Below, piece by piece: positions 21,938 to 31,082 of a DNA stretch of 33,965 bases (position 1 is its first letter; each line of letters begins with the position of its first letter). The notes beneath the pieces were generated by a model, which saw nothing but the letters and a program-made list of their open reading frames with translations, was not told the DNA's origin and made no database searches. Both the position numbers and the translations under genes were made by a program. The stretch is from an uncultured Ignavibacteriaceae bacterium (GTDB lineage Bacteria > Bacteroidota > Ignavibacteria > UBA10030). The stretch spans positions 1 through 33,965 of the forward strand of contig CAYXMK010000004.1 in NCBI GenBank assembly GCA_964465905.1, read 5' to 3'.

Positions 21938-23332
21938 ATGGCCAAGAAGCATCAGATCCTGCTCGTGGATGATGAGGAGTCTATCACCTTCCTCCTGCAA
22001 GCGGAGTTCGAGCAGTATCCCGAGTACGAGGTTGATGTCGCCCACAACGGCACGGAAGCCATCAACCGGATCCAGTCCAAAATCTACGATGTTGCCCTCC
22101 TTGATATCCGCATGCCGCGGCTCAGCGGCATCGATGTCCTGAAATTCCTCAGCGAACACTCTCCCACCACCCAGCCCATCATGCTCACGAACGTCGTGGA
22201 CGTGAAGACGGCGTTCGAGACGTTCAAGTACGGCGCCTACGATTTCGTCAGCAAGCCGTACGATATCGAAGAACTGCTCGCGACCGTTCGGCGCGCCCTG
22301 GAGCGGCGCCGGCTGGTCATCGACCGGCAGCTGATGAAGATGGAGCTGAACCGCTTCGGCGCGGGAACAGAGATGATCGGTTCCAGCCGCGCCCTGCGGG
22401 AGACGATGGAAAAGGCCCGGAAGATCGCGGCCAGCGATGCATTTGTGCTGATCGAGGGCCCCAGCGGAACAGGAAAGGAACTGCTCGCGCAGTTCATTCA
22501 CCGTGAGAGCGGTCGGCGCGACGGTCCGTTCGTTCCTGTGAACTGCGCTTCCATACCGGATCAGCTTCTGGAAAGCGAACTCTTCGGTCACGAGAAGGGA
22601 TCCTTCACGAACGCCATTGCCACGAAACAGGGGCTCGTCGAAGTGGCCAACGGCGGTACCCTCTTCCTCGACGAAGTGGGAGATATCAGCGCCATGACGC
22701 AGCCGAAACTGCTTCGGTTCCTCGAGACGGGCGAGTTCCGGCGCGTGGGAGGAACGACGGCGTTCCGCGTCGATGTGCGCGTGGTCTCCGCCACGAACAA
22801 GGTGCTGCTGGATGAAGTGAAGGCAGGACGGTTCCGCGAAGACCTCCTCTATCGGCTGAACATTGTTTCTCTTCGCGTGCCTCCGCTGAAAGAACGCAAG
22901 GAGGACATACCGGCGCTTGTGGAGTTCTTCCTCCAACGGAAGTCCAAGTCCCGCTCGCGCTCCTTCAGTCCGGAAGCCCTCCGCGTCCTGATGGAGTACG
23001 ATTGGCCGGGCAATGTGCGCGAGCTGGAACACGTCGTGGAAGGAGCGCTTGTGCTCTCCCAGTCCGATACCATCGAAGCGAAAGACCTCTGGATGAACGC
23101 TGCGCTCCGCGGGGCGGAGGTTCTTTCGAATGCCTCCTCCGCTGCGGCTTCTGGCGCCGATGCTCCCGCCTCGGAAGGTGTGATCCCTCTTGAAGAGATG
23201 GAGAAGAGGCATATCCAGCGCGCGCTGGAACACCATCAGTGGAATAGAGCGAAAACGGCACAGGCCCTGGGGATCACGCCGAAGACCCTCTACCTCAAGA
23301 TCAAGAAGTACGGTATCAGGCAGACGTTGTGA
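21938..23332 (+). CDS. Sigma-54-dependent response regulator (NtrC family: REC, AAA+, Fis-type HTH)
   Basis: REC (ILLVDDEE, ALLDIRMP, SKPYD). AAA+ ([47 protein letters not shown]). C-terminal HTH (NRAKTAQALGITPKTLYLKIKKYGI). Confidence 0.95.
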   Translation: MAKKHQILLVDDEESITFLLQAEFEQYPEYEVDVAHNGTEAINRIQSKIYDVALLDIRMPRLSGIDVLKFLSEHSPTTQPIMLTNVVDVKTAFETFKYGAYDFVSKPYDIEELLATVRRALERRRLVIDRQLMKMELNRFGAGTEMIGSSRALRETMEKARKIAASDAFVLIEGPSGTGKELLAQFIHRESGRRDGPFVPVNCASIPDQLLESELFGHEKGSFTNAIATKQGLVEVANGGTLFLDEVGDISAMTQPKLLRFLETGEFRRVGGTTAFRVDVRVVSATNKVLLDEVKAGRFREDLLYRLNIVSLRVPPLKERKEDIPALVEFFLQRKSKSRSRSFSPEALRVLMEYDWPGNVRELEHVVEGALVLSQSDTIEAKDLWMNAALRGAEVLSNASSAAASGADAPASEGVIPLEEMEKRHIQRALEHHQWNRAKTAQALGITPKTLYLKIKKYGIRQTL

Positions 23333-23411
23333 GGGATCCGGACTCCCCTCAGGCGTTCCGAGGAGTGAATCGCTTTCCGCAATTCTCCTCTCTTCGCATC
23401 CTAGAAATCTG

Positions 23412-23449
23412 CGGGAAAAAGTCTGCTTGGTGGTGAAACTTTTTCCGCC
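23412..23449. repeat. Inverted repeat CGGGAAAAAGT-N15-ACTTTTTCCGCC
   Basis: Read directly: 23412-23422 and 23438-23449 are complementary apart from one extra G. Each arm is a copy of a motif that also occurs at 21489-21502. Confidence 0.55.
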
Positions 23450-23493
23450 GAGGAGAGTAGAGAGAGTTGTAACATCCTTTCTCCTTCTTCGCA

Positions 23494-23546
23494 GGCCGGC
23501 AATGAAAACCGCTCTCAGGCGATCATCTGCCGGCTTTTGTTTTTCC
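23494..23546 (+). terminator. Intrinsic terminator after the EBP gene
   Basis: GGCCGGCAATGA ... TCAT(C)TGCCGGCT forms a stem of about 11 bp with one bulge and a loop of about 17 nt. TTTTGTTTTT follows it. Confidence 0.6.
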
Positions 23547-23554
23547 CCGTTTTG

Positions 23555-23583
23555 TTGACTTTTCTGCGGTTTTTGGGTATTAT
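23555..23583 (+). promoter_or_regulatory. Sigma-70-type promoter for the acyl-CoA dehydrogenase gene
   Basis: TTGACT (23555-23560), a 17-nt spacer, then TATTAT (23578-23583). It is about 70 nt upstream of ATG 23655 and sits directly after the terminator. Confidence 0.6.
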
Positions 23584-23654
23584 CTCAAACTCGGTCGCGG
23601 GAGTCTTCCAGTGTAGATTTTCATGGACACCGCGGTCTCTCGTTCTCCTTCGGA

Positions 23655-24830
23655 ATGACTATGGCAAAATATCAAGGGGTTGACTACTACTTGTTGGAAG
23701 ACCAGCTCTCCGAAGACGAGCTGCTGGTCAGGAACACCGTGCGGGAATTCGTGGATGAAAACGTTCTTCCCATCATTGAGCGGCACAACCGGGCAGGAAC
23801 GTTCCCGATGGACCTGATCCCGAAGATGGCCGAGCTCGGTCTCTTCGGGGCCACCCTTCCGGCGAAGTTCGGCGGCGCCGAGCTGAACAACGTCGCGTAC
23901 GGCCTGATGATGCAGGAACTGGAGCGGGGTGACAGCGGCATCCGAAGCTTCGCGTCCGTGCAGAGTTCGCTGGTGATGTATCCGATCTTCACGTTTGGGA
24001 CGGATGCACAGAAAGAGCAGTGGCTTCCGCGACTCGCATCCGGACAGGCCATCGGCTGTTTTGGGTTGACGGAGCCGGACTACGGTTCCGATCCGGGAGG
24101 GATGAAGACCAAGGCGGAACGCCGTGACGACGGATTCGTTCTCAACGGCGCCAAGATGTGGATCACGAACGGAACCATTGCCGATGTTGCCGTCGTCTGG
24201 GCGAAACTCGACGGCCAGATCCGGGGATTTCTCGTGGAGAAGGGGACGAAGGGATTCACTGCACCGGAGATGAAGGGGAAGCACTCCCTGAGGGCGTCAG
24301 TCACGTCCGAACTGGTCTTTCAGGACTGCCGGATACCCGAGCAGAACCTTCTTCCGCAGACCGCCGGTTTGAAATCTCCCCTCCTCTGTCTCACGCAGGC
24401 CCGCTACGGTATCGCCTGGGGTGCCATGGGCGCTGCCATGGCGTGCTACGACACGGCGCTCAACTATGCGAAATCCCGCATCCAGTTCGGGAAGCCCATT
24501 GCGTCGTTTCAGCTGATCCAGCAGAAGCTCGTCTCGATGCTGACGGAGATCACGAAAGGACAGCTCCTCTGTCTTCAGCTGGGGCGCCTGAAGGACGCCG
24601 GCAAGATGAAGTTTTCGCAGGTCTCCCTGGCGAAGCGGAACAACGTTGAGCAGGCCCTGGAGATCGCCCGTCAGGCACGCGAAATCCTTGGTGCCAACGG
24701 CATCCTCGATGAATACCCTGTGATGCGACACATGGCCAACCTTGAGTCGGTCAAGACGTACGAAGGGACTCACGACATCCATACATTGATCCTCGGCGAA
24801 GACATCACCGGTCTTGCGGCTTTTTCCTGA
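23655..24830 (+). CDS. gcdH: Acyl-CoA dehydrogenase, glutaryl-CoA dehydrogenase-like
   Basis: [51 protein letters not shown] and [18 protein letters not shown]. The start is ATG 23655 or ATG 23661. Confidence 0.85.
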   Translation: MTMAKYQGVDYYLLEDQLSEDELLVRNTVREFVDENVLPIIERHNRAGTFPMDLIPKMAELGLFGATLPAKFGGAELNNVAYGLMMQELERGDSGIRSFASVQSSLVMYPIFTFGTDAQKEQWLPRLASGQAIGCFGLTEPDYGSDPGGMKTKAERRDDGFVLNGAKMWITNGTIADVAVVWAKLDGQIRGFLVEKGTKGFTAPEMKGKHSLRASVTSELVFQDCRIPEQNLLPQTAGLKSPLLCLTQARYGIAWGAMGAAMACYDTALNYAKSRIQFGKPIASFQLIQQKLVSMLTEITKGQLLCLQLGRLKDAGKMKFSQVSLAKRNNVEQALEIARQAREILGANGILDEYPVMRHMANLESVKTYEGTHDIHTLILGEDITGLAAFS

Positions 24831-24873
24831 CGGTGTGCTCTCGTTTGTTCCGGGATCACGAAAGCACGTTCCC

Positions 24874-26334
24874 ATGGCCTCTCCCAAGATCCTCTCTGAA
24901 GCGATTACCTACGATGACGTCCTGCTTGTCCCGGCTCGATCCTCTGTCCTGCCGCGTGAGACGGATGTGCGAACCCGTTTGACACGCTCCATCGAGCTGA
25001 ATATTCCTATTCTCAGTGCCGCCATGGATACCGTCACAGAGTCGGAGATGGGGATCGCGCTCGCACGGGAAGGGGGCATCGGCATTCTTCACAAGAACAT
25101 GACCATCGACCGGCAGGCGGCGGAAGTGGACAAGGTCAAGCGGTCGGAGAGCGGCATGATCCGGAATCCCATTACCCTCTCTCCCGGAAAGACCGTCCGT
25201 GAGGCGCTTGAGGTAATGAGGCAGTACCGTGTTTCCGGCATACCGATCGTGGAAGAGGAGCGGCTCGTCGGTATCCTGACGAATCGCGACCTCCGCTTCG
25301 AGCTGAATCTGGATCTCCCCGTTGCCAACGTGATGACGAGTGAGGGACTGGTCACCGCCGCCGTGGGAACGACTCTGGAGGAAGCTGAAGTCATTCTGCA
25401 GAAACACCGGATTGAAAAGCTGCCGGTTGTGGACAAGAACGGCAAACTGCGGGGTCTGATCACCTTCAAGGATATTCAGAAGAAGAAGAGCTTCCCCCAT
25501 GCCTGCAAGGACAAACTGGGACGTCTTCGGGTCGGCGCGGCTGTTGGCGTCACGGCGGATACGATCGACCGCGTCGCTGCGCTGGTCGAGGCCGGCGTGG
25601 ATGCGATTGTCATTGATACGGCCCACGGGCATTCGCAGGGCGTCCTCACGATGGTGAAGAAGCTGCGGTCGCGGTTCGATGTGGATCTCATCGCGGGGAA
25701 TGTCGCCACGGGGGAGGCGACGCGGGACCTTATTCGCGCCGGCGCGGATGCCGTGAAGGTCGGGATCGGACCGGGCTCCATCTGCACAACGCGGGTGGTC
25801 GCCGGCGTGGGTGTGCCGCAGGTGACGGCGATTCTGGAGTGTGCGAGGGTGGCCCAGCGTTCCAGGACTCCCATCATCGCCGACGGGGGGATCAAGCAGA
25901 CCGGTGACGTTGCCAAGGCGCTCGCAGCCGGCGCTGACTCTGTCATGATCGGCGGATTGTTCGCCGGCGTTGAGGAGAGCCCGGGCGAGAAGATCCTCTT
26001 CGAGGGAAGGAGTTTCAAGATCTATCGCGGCATGGGATCCCTGGAGGCGATGAAAGCCGGGAGCAGGGATCGATACTTCCAGGACGTCGAGGACGATCTG
26101 CAGAAACTTGTGCCCGAGGGAATCGAGGGACGCGTGCCGTACAAGGGACAGATGCGCGAAACAGTACACCAGATCGTGGGGGGCCTGCGGGCGGCGATGG
26201 GATACTGCGGCTGCCGGACGATTGCTGAGTTCAAGAAGAAGACGCGCTTCGTCCGGATGACAGACGCCGGCCTGCGGGAGAGCCACCCGCACGACGTGCG
26301 GATCACGAAAGAAGCTCCCAACTATCACTTGTAG
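24874..26334 (+). CDS. guaB: IMP dehydrogenase
   Basis: [22 protein letters not shown], two CBS repeats, catalytic loop [20 protein letters not shown], and [20 protein letters not shown] 24874 gives a typical 486 aa. The track ORF start at 24814 overlaps gcdH. Confidence 0.96.
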   Translation: MASPKILSEAITYDDVLLVPARSSVLPRETDVRTRLTRSIELNIPILSAAMDTVTESEMGIALAREGGIGILHKNMTIDRQAAEVDKVKRSESGMIRNPITLSPGKTVREALEVMRQYRVSGIPIVEEERLVGILTNRDLRFELNLDLPVANVMTSEGLVTAAVGTTLEEAEVILQKHRIEKLPVVDKNGKLRGLITFKDIQKKKSFPHACKDKLGRLRVGAAVGVTADTIDRVAALVEAGVDAIVIDTAHGHSQGVLTMVKKLRSRFDVDLIAGNVATGEATRDLIRAGADAVKVGIGPGSICTTRVVAGVGVPQVTAILECARVAQRSRTPIIADGGIKQTGDVAKALAAGADSVMIGGLFAGVEESPGEKILFEGRSFKIYRGMGSLEAMKAGSRDRYFQDVEDDLQKLVPEGIEGRVPYKGQMRETVHQIVGGLRAAMGYCGCRTIAEFKKKTRFVRMTDAGLRESHPHDVRITKEAPNYHL

Positions 26335-26434
26335 GGGTTGAGCCGTTCTGCCGGCCGGATTGTCCCTCTCTGCCGACAGCAGACAGGCGGGATCTTCCGG
26401 GCGAGCCCTGGGTTCCATTCACACACGCCTTCGC

Positions 26435-27505
26435 ATGCGTTCATCGCGTCTGGACCTTCTCCGCTCAAGGCTTTCTGCGCTCCGCCTGGACGCCCTCATT
26501 GTCTCGTCTCTCGCCGACATCCGATACCTGACGGGTTTCACGGGTTCTCACGCCCTCGTCGGTGTCACGTTGCGCCGTGCAGGGATTATTACCGACGGGC
26601 GATACCGGCATCAGGTACACGTGGAGGCGGTGGGATGGGAGGCGGTCGTGGCGGCGGAGGGGCTCCCGGATGGCCTGAAGCGTTCCGGGCTGCTGGCTCG
26701 CGCGCGGCGGATCGGATTTGACGATCAGAATCTGTCGGTCGCCGGCCTCCGCACCCTGCGGTCGCTGTTTCCGCATCGGAAATTCGTTCCCGCCGGCGGC
26801 GTTGTGGAGCGTCTGGCCGCCGTGAAGTCGGAGCAGGAGATCGCGTACATCCGTCGGGCGGCTGAGATCAGCGACAGGGTCTTCTCCCGTATCCTGAAGC
26901 TCATTCGTCCGGGCGTCCGGGAGCTTGAGCTGGCGGCAGAGATCAGCCACCTGCACCGCTCGCTGGGCGCAGAAGCCGATGCCTTCGAGCCCATTGTGGC
27001 AGGCGGACCGCGGGGAGCGTTTCCCCATGCCCGCGCAACCGATCAGGCGCTGCGAAGCGGCACTCTGCTGACGCTCGATTTCGGGTGCCGCGTCTGTGGA
27101 TACCACAGCGATCTGACCCGGACCGTCGCGGTTGGACGAATCTCCCGCACCTTGCGCGCAATGTACGATGCCGTTCGGGAGGCCCAGGAAGCAGCGGTGG
27201 AGTGTCTCAGACCGGGCATGGCGGCACGACAGCTCGATGCGGCAGCCCGGGAACAGCTCCGCCGAAGAGGTTACGGAAGGTACTTCGTTCACTCTCTCGG
27301 CCACGGCCTGGGTCTGCGGGTGCACGAGTTGCCGAGAGTTTCCGCGGTCAGCTCGGACGTCCTTCAGGCGGGCAACGTGATTACCATCGAACCGGGCATC
27401 TATCTCCCGCGTATCGGCGGCGTGCGAATGGAGGATGACATTGTCGTGAGAGAGGACGGACCCGAAGTGCTGACGCATGCTCCCAGGGAGCTGGTGGTGC
27501 TATGA
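26435..27505 (+). CDS. M24-family metallopeptidase (Xaa-Pro aminopeptidase/dipeptidase)
   Basis: N-terminal creatinase-like LDALIVSSLADIRYLTGFTGS. Metal ligands in DFGCRVCGYHSDLTR, HSLGHGLGLRVHE, EPGIY and VRMEDDIVV. Confidence 0.9.
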   Translation: MRSSRLDLLRSRLSALRLDALIVSSLADIRYLTGFTGSHALVGVTLRRAGIITDGRYRHQVHVEAVGWEAVVAAEGLPDGLKRSGLLARARRIGFDDQNLSVAGLRTLRSLFPHRKFVPAGGVVERLAAVKSEQEIAYIRRAAEISDRVFSRILKLIRPGVRELELAAEISHLHRSLGAEADAFEPIVAGGPRGAFPHARATDQALRSGTLLTLDFGCRVCGYHSDLTRTVAVGRISRTLRAMYDAVREAQEAAVECLRPGMAARQLDAAAREQLRRRGYGRYFVHSLGHGLGLRVHELPRVSAVSSDVLQAGNVITIEPGIYLPRIGGVRMEDDIVVREDGPEVLTHAPRELVVL

Positions 27506-28821
27506 CCGATGATCCTCGTTCCGTTCTGGTCATCGCGTACTACTTCCCCCCGATGGGCCTGAGCGGTGTCCAGCGGACCATGAAGTTCGTGAAGTATCTT
27601 CCCACCATGGGCTGGAAACCTACGGTGCTGACCGTCGAGCCGGGCGGATACTACGCCTTTGATCCGACGCTCCTGCAGGAGGTGGAGGAGGCGGGTGTGG
27701 AGATCATCCGGACCGGCTCACGGGACGCGAATCGTCTTCTTCGGCGTCGAAAGGTGGTGAAGGTGCCCTCCGAGCGCCTTCGTAAGTTCCTTCAATTCTG
27801 CGGCGATCTCTTCTTCATCCCGGATACCAAGATCGGCTGGCGTCGCCCCGCGCTCAGAGCGGCGTCCGCTCTTCTGAAGGGGCAACGGTTCAATCTCCTC
27901 TTCGCGACGGCTCCTCCCCAGACCGGCTTCCTGATCGGCCTCAAACTCCAGAAGAAGTACCGTGTTCCGCTCGTCGTGGAGTATCGGGATTCGTGGCTCG
28001 ACTATCCCTTCAAGTACTTCCCGACTCCTCTCCATCGGTACCTCCACTACAGACTGGAGAAGAAAGTCCTGCGAGCCGCCCACAAGATTGTGGTGACGCA
28101 TCGGCGCATCAAAGAAGAACTCGTTCGGCGCCACCGATTCCTCGGTTACCATGACGTGGCAATTATCCCGCAAGGATTCGACCCTGAGGACTTCCCGGAA
28201 CGGAAGTCCGAAGCGAGAGGTCGGGTCCGGAAGATGAGAATCTCCCACGCCGGAAGTTTCTACGGCGGACGGTCGCCGGCGGCCATGTTGAACGCGTTGA
28301 GCGACGTATTCCATGAGATGCCGGCGCTCCGGGGACGGATCGAACTCTGCCTGATTGGCACGGTGCGCAACGAGGACCGCTCGCTGGTCACGAAACTCGG
28401 GTTGCAGAATGATGTTCTGTTCACCGGCTATCTGGAACATCGCGAGTGCACGCGGCTGCTGCTCTCTTCGGATGTGCTCTGGTTTGTGATCGACAACGAT
28501 CAGCAGTCTCCGGGCAAGCTCTACGAGTACTTTGGAGCGCGGAAACCCATTCTGGCGTCGGTGGTTCCCGGCTACACAGAACAGCTCCTGCGCGAGTGCC
28601 GGGCGGCCACGATTGTGCCGCTGGCGGACCGCGGCGCCCATCGGCAGGCGTTGCTCGATCTGTTCGCGGCGTACCAGCAGAAACGGCTTCCCCGGGTCTC
28701 TGTGGAGTTTGCCGAGCGGTTCAACCGGCGCTTCCTGACGGCCGACCTCGTCAAGCTGTTCGAGTCGCTGATCGACATCGACCAGCATCCGATCCAGAAG
28801 CTCAACGGGAGGACGCTATGA
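27502..28821 (+). CDS. Glycosyltransferase (GT-B fold, GT4-like); specificity unknown
   Basis: VLVIAYYFPPMGLSGVQRTMKFVKYLPTMGW N-terminus and C-terminal GKLYEYFGARKPILA block. Its ATG overlaps the peptidase stop (ATGA at 27502-27505). Confidence 0.8.
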   Translation: MTDDPRSVLVIAYYFPPMGLSGVQRTMKFVKYLPTMGWKPTVLTVEPGGYYAFDPTLLQEVEEAGVEIIRTGSRDANRLLRRRKVVKVPSERLRKFLQFCGDLFFIPDTKIGWRRPALRAASALLKGQRFNLLFATAPPQTGFLIGLKLQKKYRVPLVVEYRDSWLDYPFKYFPTPLHRYLHYRLEKKVLRAAHKIVVTHRRIKEELVRRHRFLGYHDVAIIPQGFDPEDFPERKSEARGRVRKMRISHAGSFYGGRSPAAMLNALSDVFHEMPALRGRIELCLIGTVRNEDRSLVTKLGLQNDVLFTGYLEHRECTRLLLSSDVLWFVIDNDQQSPGKLYEYFGARKPILASVVPGYTEQLLRECRAATIVPLADRGAHRQALLDLFAAYQQKRLPRVSVEFAERFNRRFLTADLVKLFESLIDIDQHPIQKLNGRTL

Positions 28822-30140
28822 AGGTCCTGGTGATTGGTTCCGGCGGACGTGAGCATGCGCTGGTCTGGAAGCTGCGCCAGAGCACCTCTGTGCAGACGGT
28901 GTACTGCGCTCCGGGAAACGGCGGTATGGGTGAACTCGCAGAGCTGGTTCCCATCCCCCCTTCGGATCACGAGGCGCTCGCGGCCTTCGCAAGGCGCAAC
29001 CGGATTGACCTTACGGTGGTGGGTCCCGAGCAACCGCTGGTCGAGGGTATCGTCGATCGCTTTCAGTCAGAAGGCCTCAGAGTGTTCGGTCCGACACGGG
29101 CAGCGGCCAGACTCGAAGGAAGCAAGGCGTTTGCCAAAGCATTCATGGAGAGGCATGGAATCCCGACGGCCCGCCATGCCAGCTTCACTCGGGAAAACCT
29201 CTCCGGCGCCGGCCGTTTCATCGAGGAACTGTCCGGGCACGTCGTGGTCAAGGCCGATGGGCTCGCTGCGGGGAAAGGCGTGATCATCTGCAGCGACGGG
29301 CGGGAGGCGCTGCGCGTGGTTGAGGACATGATCAAGGGAGGAGCATTCGGTGACGCAGGGCGGCACGTTGTCGTCGAGGAATTCCTCGACGGAGAAGAGG
29401 CCTCGATCCTGGCGCTGACGGACGGCGAACGCTACGTCTGTCTGACGCCGGCGCAGGACCACAAGCGCATTCTGGACGGAGACAGAGGCAAAAATACGGG
29501 AGGCATGGGTGCCTACGCTCCGGCGCCGGTGGTTACGCCCGATATCCTCCGGCGCGTGGAAAAGGAAATCCTTGTTCCGACATTGGAGGGGATGCAGCGG
29601 GAAGGATCGCCGTACCGTGGTTGTCTCTACATGGGACTCATGATGACGGCACAGGGTCCCAGAACGCTCGAGTACAACTGCCGCTTTGGCGACCCCGAGA
29701 CGCAGGTTGTCGTGCCGCTGATCGACGGGGATCTGGCGCAGATCCTGCTCTCGATTGCGGATGGCCGCCTGGAGCCCGCGGGCGTCGCTCTGCACAAGGC
29801 CTCGGCCGTCTGCGTCGTCATGGCCTCGGGAGGTTATCCCGACGACTACCGGACGGGAATGCCCATCGTCGGTCTGGACACGGTTGACGCCGGACGGGGG
29901 GAAGTGGTGTTTCACGCCGGCACAAAGAAGATGGGAGATGTGCTGGTCACCTCGGGAGGGAGAGTTCTGGGAGTGACGGCCATCGGATACGAGAACGATC
30001 TGGAAGGAACGATTGCGGCCGCCTACCGCATCGTGCAGAGGATCGCGTTCGACGGGGCATACTATCGGAGCGATATTGGCCAGAAGGCCCTCCGGCACCT
30101 GCGGAAGGAGCGAACCCCCATCCACCAGAAGGAGAACTGA
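28818..30140 (+). CDS. purD: Phosphoribosylamine--glycine ligase
   Basis: MKVLVIGSGGREHALVWKL, VVKADGLAAGKGV and EYNCRFGDPETQVV. Its ATG overlaps the glycosyltransferase stop (ATGA at 28818-28821). The track ORF start at 28446 lies inside the upstream gene. Confidence 0.96.
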   Translation: MKVLVIGSGGREHALVWKLRQSTSVQTVYCAPGNGGMGELAELVPIPPSDHEALAAFARRNRIDLTVVGPEQPLVEGIVDRFQSEGLRVFGPTRAAARLEGSKAFAKAFMERHGIPTARHASFTRENLSGAGRFIEELSGHVVVKADGLAAGKGVIICSDGREALRVVEDMIKGGAFGDAGRHVVVEEFLDGEEASILALTDGERYVCLTPAQDHKRILDGDRGKNTGGMGAYAPAPVVTPDILRRVEKEILVPTLEGMQREGSPYRGCLYMGLMMTAQGPRTLEYNCRFGDPETQVVVPLIDGDLAQILLSIADGRLEPAGVALHKASAVCVVMASGGYPDDYRTGMPIVGLDTVDAGRGEVVFHAGTKKMGDVLVTSGGRVLGVTAIGYENDLEGTIAAAYRIVQRIAFDGAYYRSDIGQKALRHLRKERTPIHQKEN

Positions 30141-30146
30141 CCCGCG

Positions 30147-31082
30147 ATGAATATCCTCGTGACAGGCGGAGCGGGCTTCATCGGCTCCCACATCGTCGAT
30201 GCCTACATCGCCGCCGGGCACACGGTCGTCGCGGTTGACGATCTGTCGTCGGGCCGTCGCGAAAACCTCCATCCAGCAGCTGTGTTCTACAATCTCGACA
30301 TCCGTAGCCCGGAGGTTCGCCCGTTGTTCGGCCGTCACCGCATCGAGGTTTTGAATCATCATGCTGCGCAGATGGACGTGCGACGATCGGTGAGTGATCC
30401 GATCTTCGACGCTTCCGTGAATGTCGTGGGCGGGTTGAACCTTTTTGAGGCGGCGCGCGAACACGGCATCCGCAAAGTCGTCTTCGCCTCCACCGGCGGG
30501 GCAATCTACGGAGAGCAGGACTATTTCCCCGCGGATGAGGAGCATCCGCTGCGCCCCCTCTCTCCCTACGGCATATCGAAGCTTGCCACAGAAAAATACC
30601 TCTTCTACTACCGGGCGTCGCACGGCATCGATCATGTCATTCTCCGGTATGCCAATATCTACGGCCCGCGTCAGAATCCGCACGGAGAGGCCGGCGTCGT
30701 TGCCATCTTCGCCAGCAAATTCCTGCGCCGGGAACAGCCCGTGATCAATGGCGACGGATTGCAGACGCGTGACTACACGTACGTCGGTGATGTCGTCCGG
30801 GCAAACCTCCTCGCTCTGGACCACCGGGGATCGGAGATCTTCAATGTGGGCACCGGCATCGAAACGGACGTCAACACGCTGTTTCAGCTCCTGCGTCGTG
30901 AGCTGAACAGTGACGCCGAGGAGCGCCACGGCCCGGCAAAGCCCGGCGAACAGCGACGGAGTGTCATCACGTCGAAGAAACTGCGCGCGGCCTTCGGGTG
31001 GAGTCCGGAAACGACGCTGGCCGAAGGACTGGCCAAGACTGCTGCGTATTTCCGATCCGCCCACTCTTCTGCACACGGATGA
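30147..31082 (+). CDS. NAD-dependent epimerase/dehydratase (extended SDR, GalE-like)
   Basis: ILVTGGAGFIGSH Rossmann motif, catalytic SPYGISKLATEKY (YxxxK), and LRYANIYGPRQ. Confidence 0.9.
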   Translation: MNILVTGGAGFIGSHIVDAYIAAGHTVVAVDDLSSGRRENLHPAAVFYNLDIRSPEVRPLFGRHRIEVLNHHAAQMDVRRSVSDPIFDASVNVVGGLNLFEAAREHGIRKVVFASTGGAIYGEQDYFPADEEHPLRPLSPYGISKLATEKYLFYYRASHGIDHVILRYANIYGPRQNPHGEAGVVAIFASKFLRREQPVINGDGLQTRDYTYVGDVVRANLLALDHRGSEIFNVGTGIETDVNTLFQLLRRELNSDAEERHGPAKPGEQRRSVITSKKLRAAFGWSPETTLAEGLAKTAAYFRSAHSSAHG

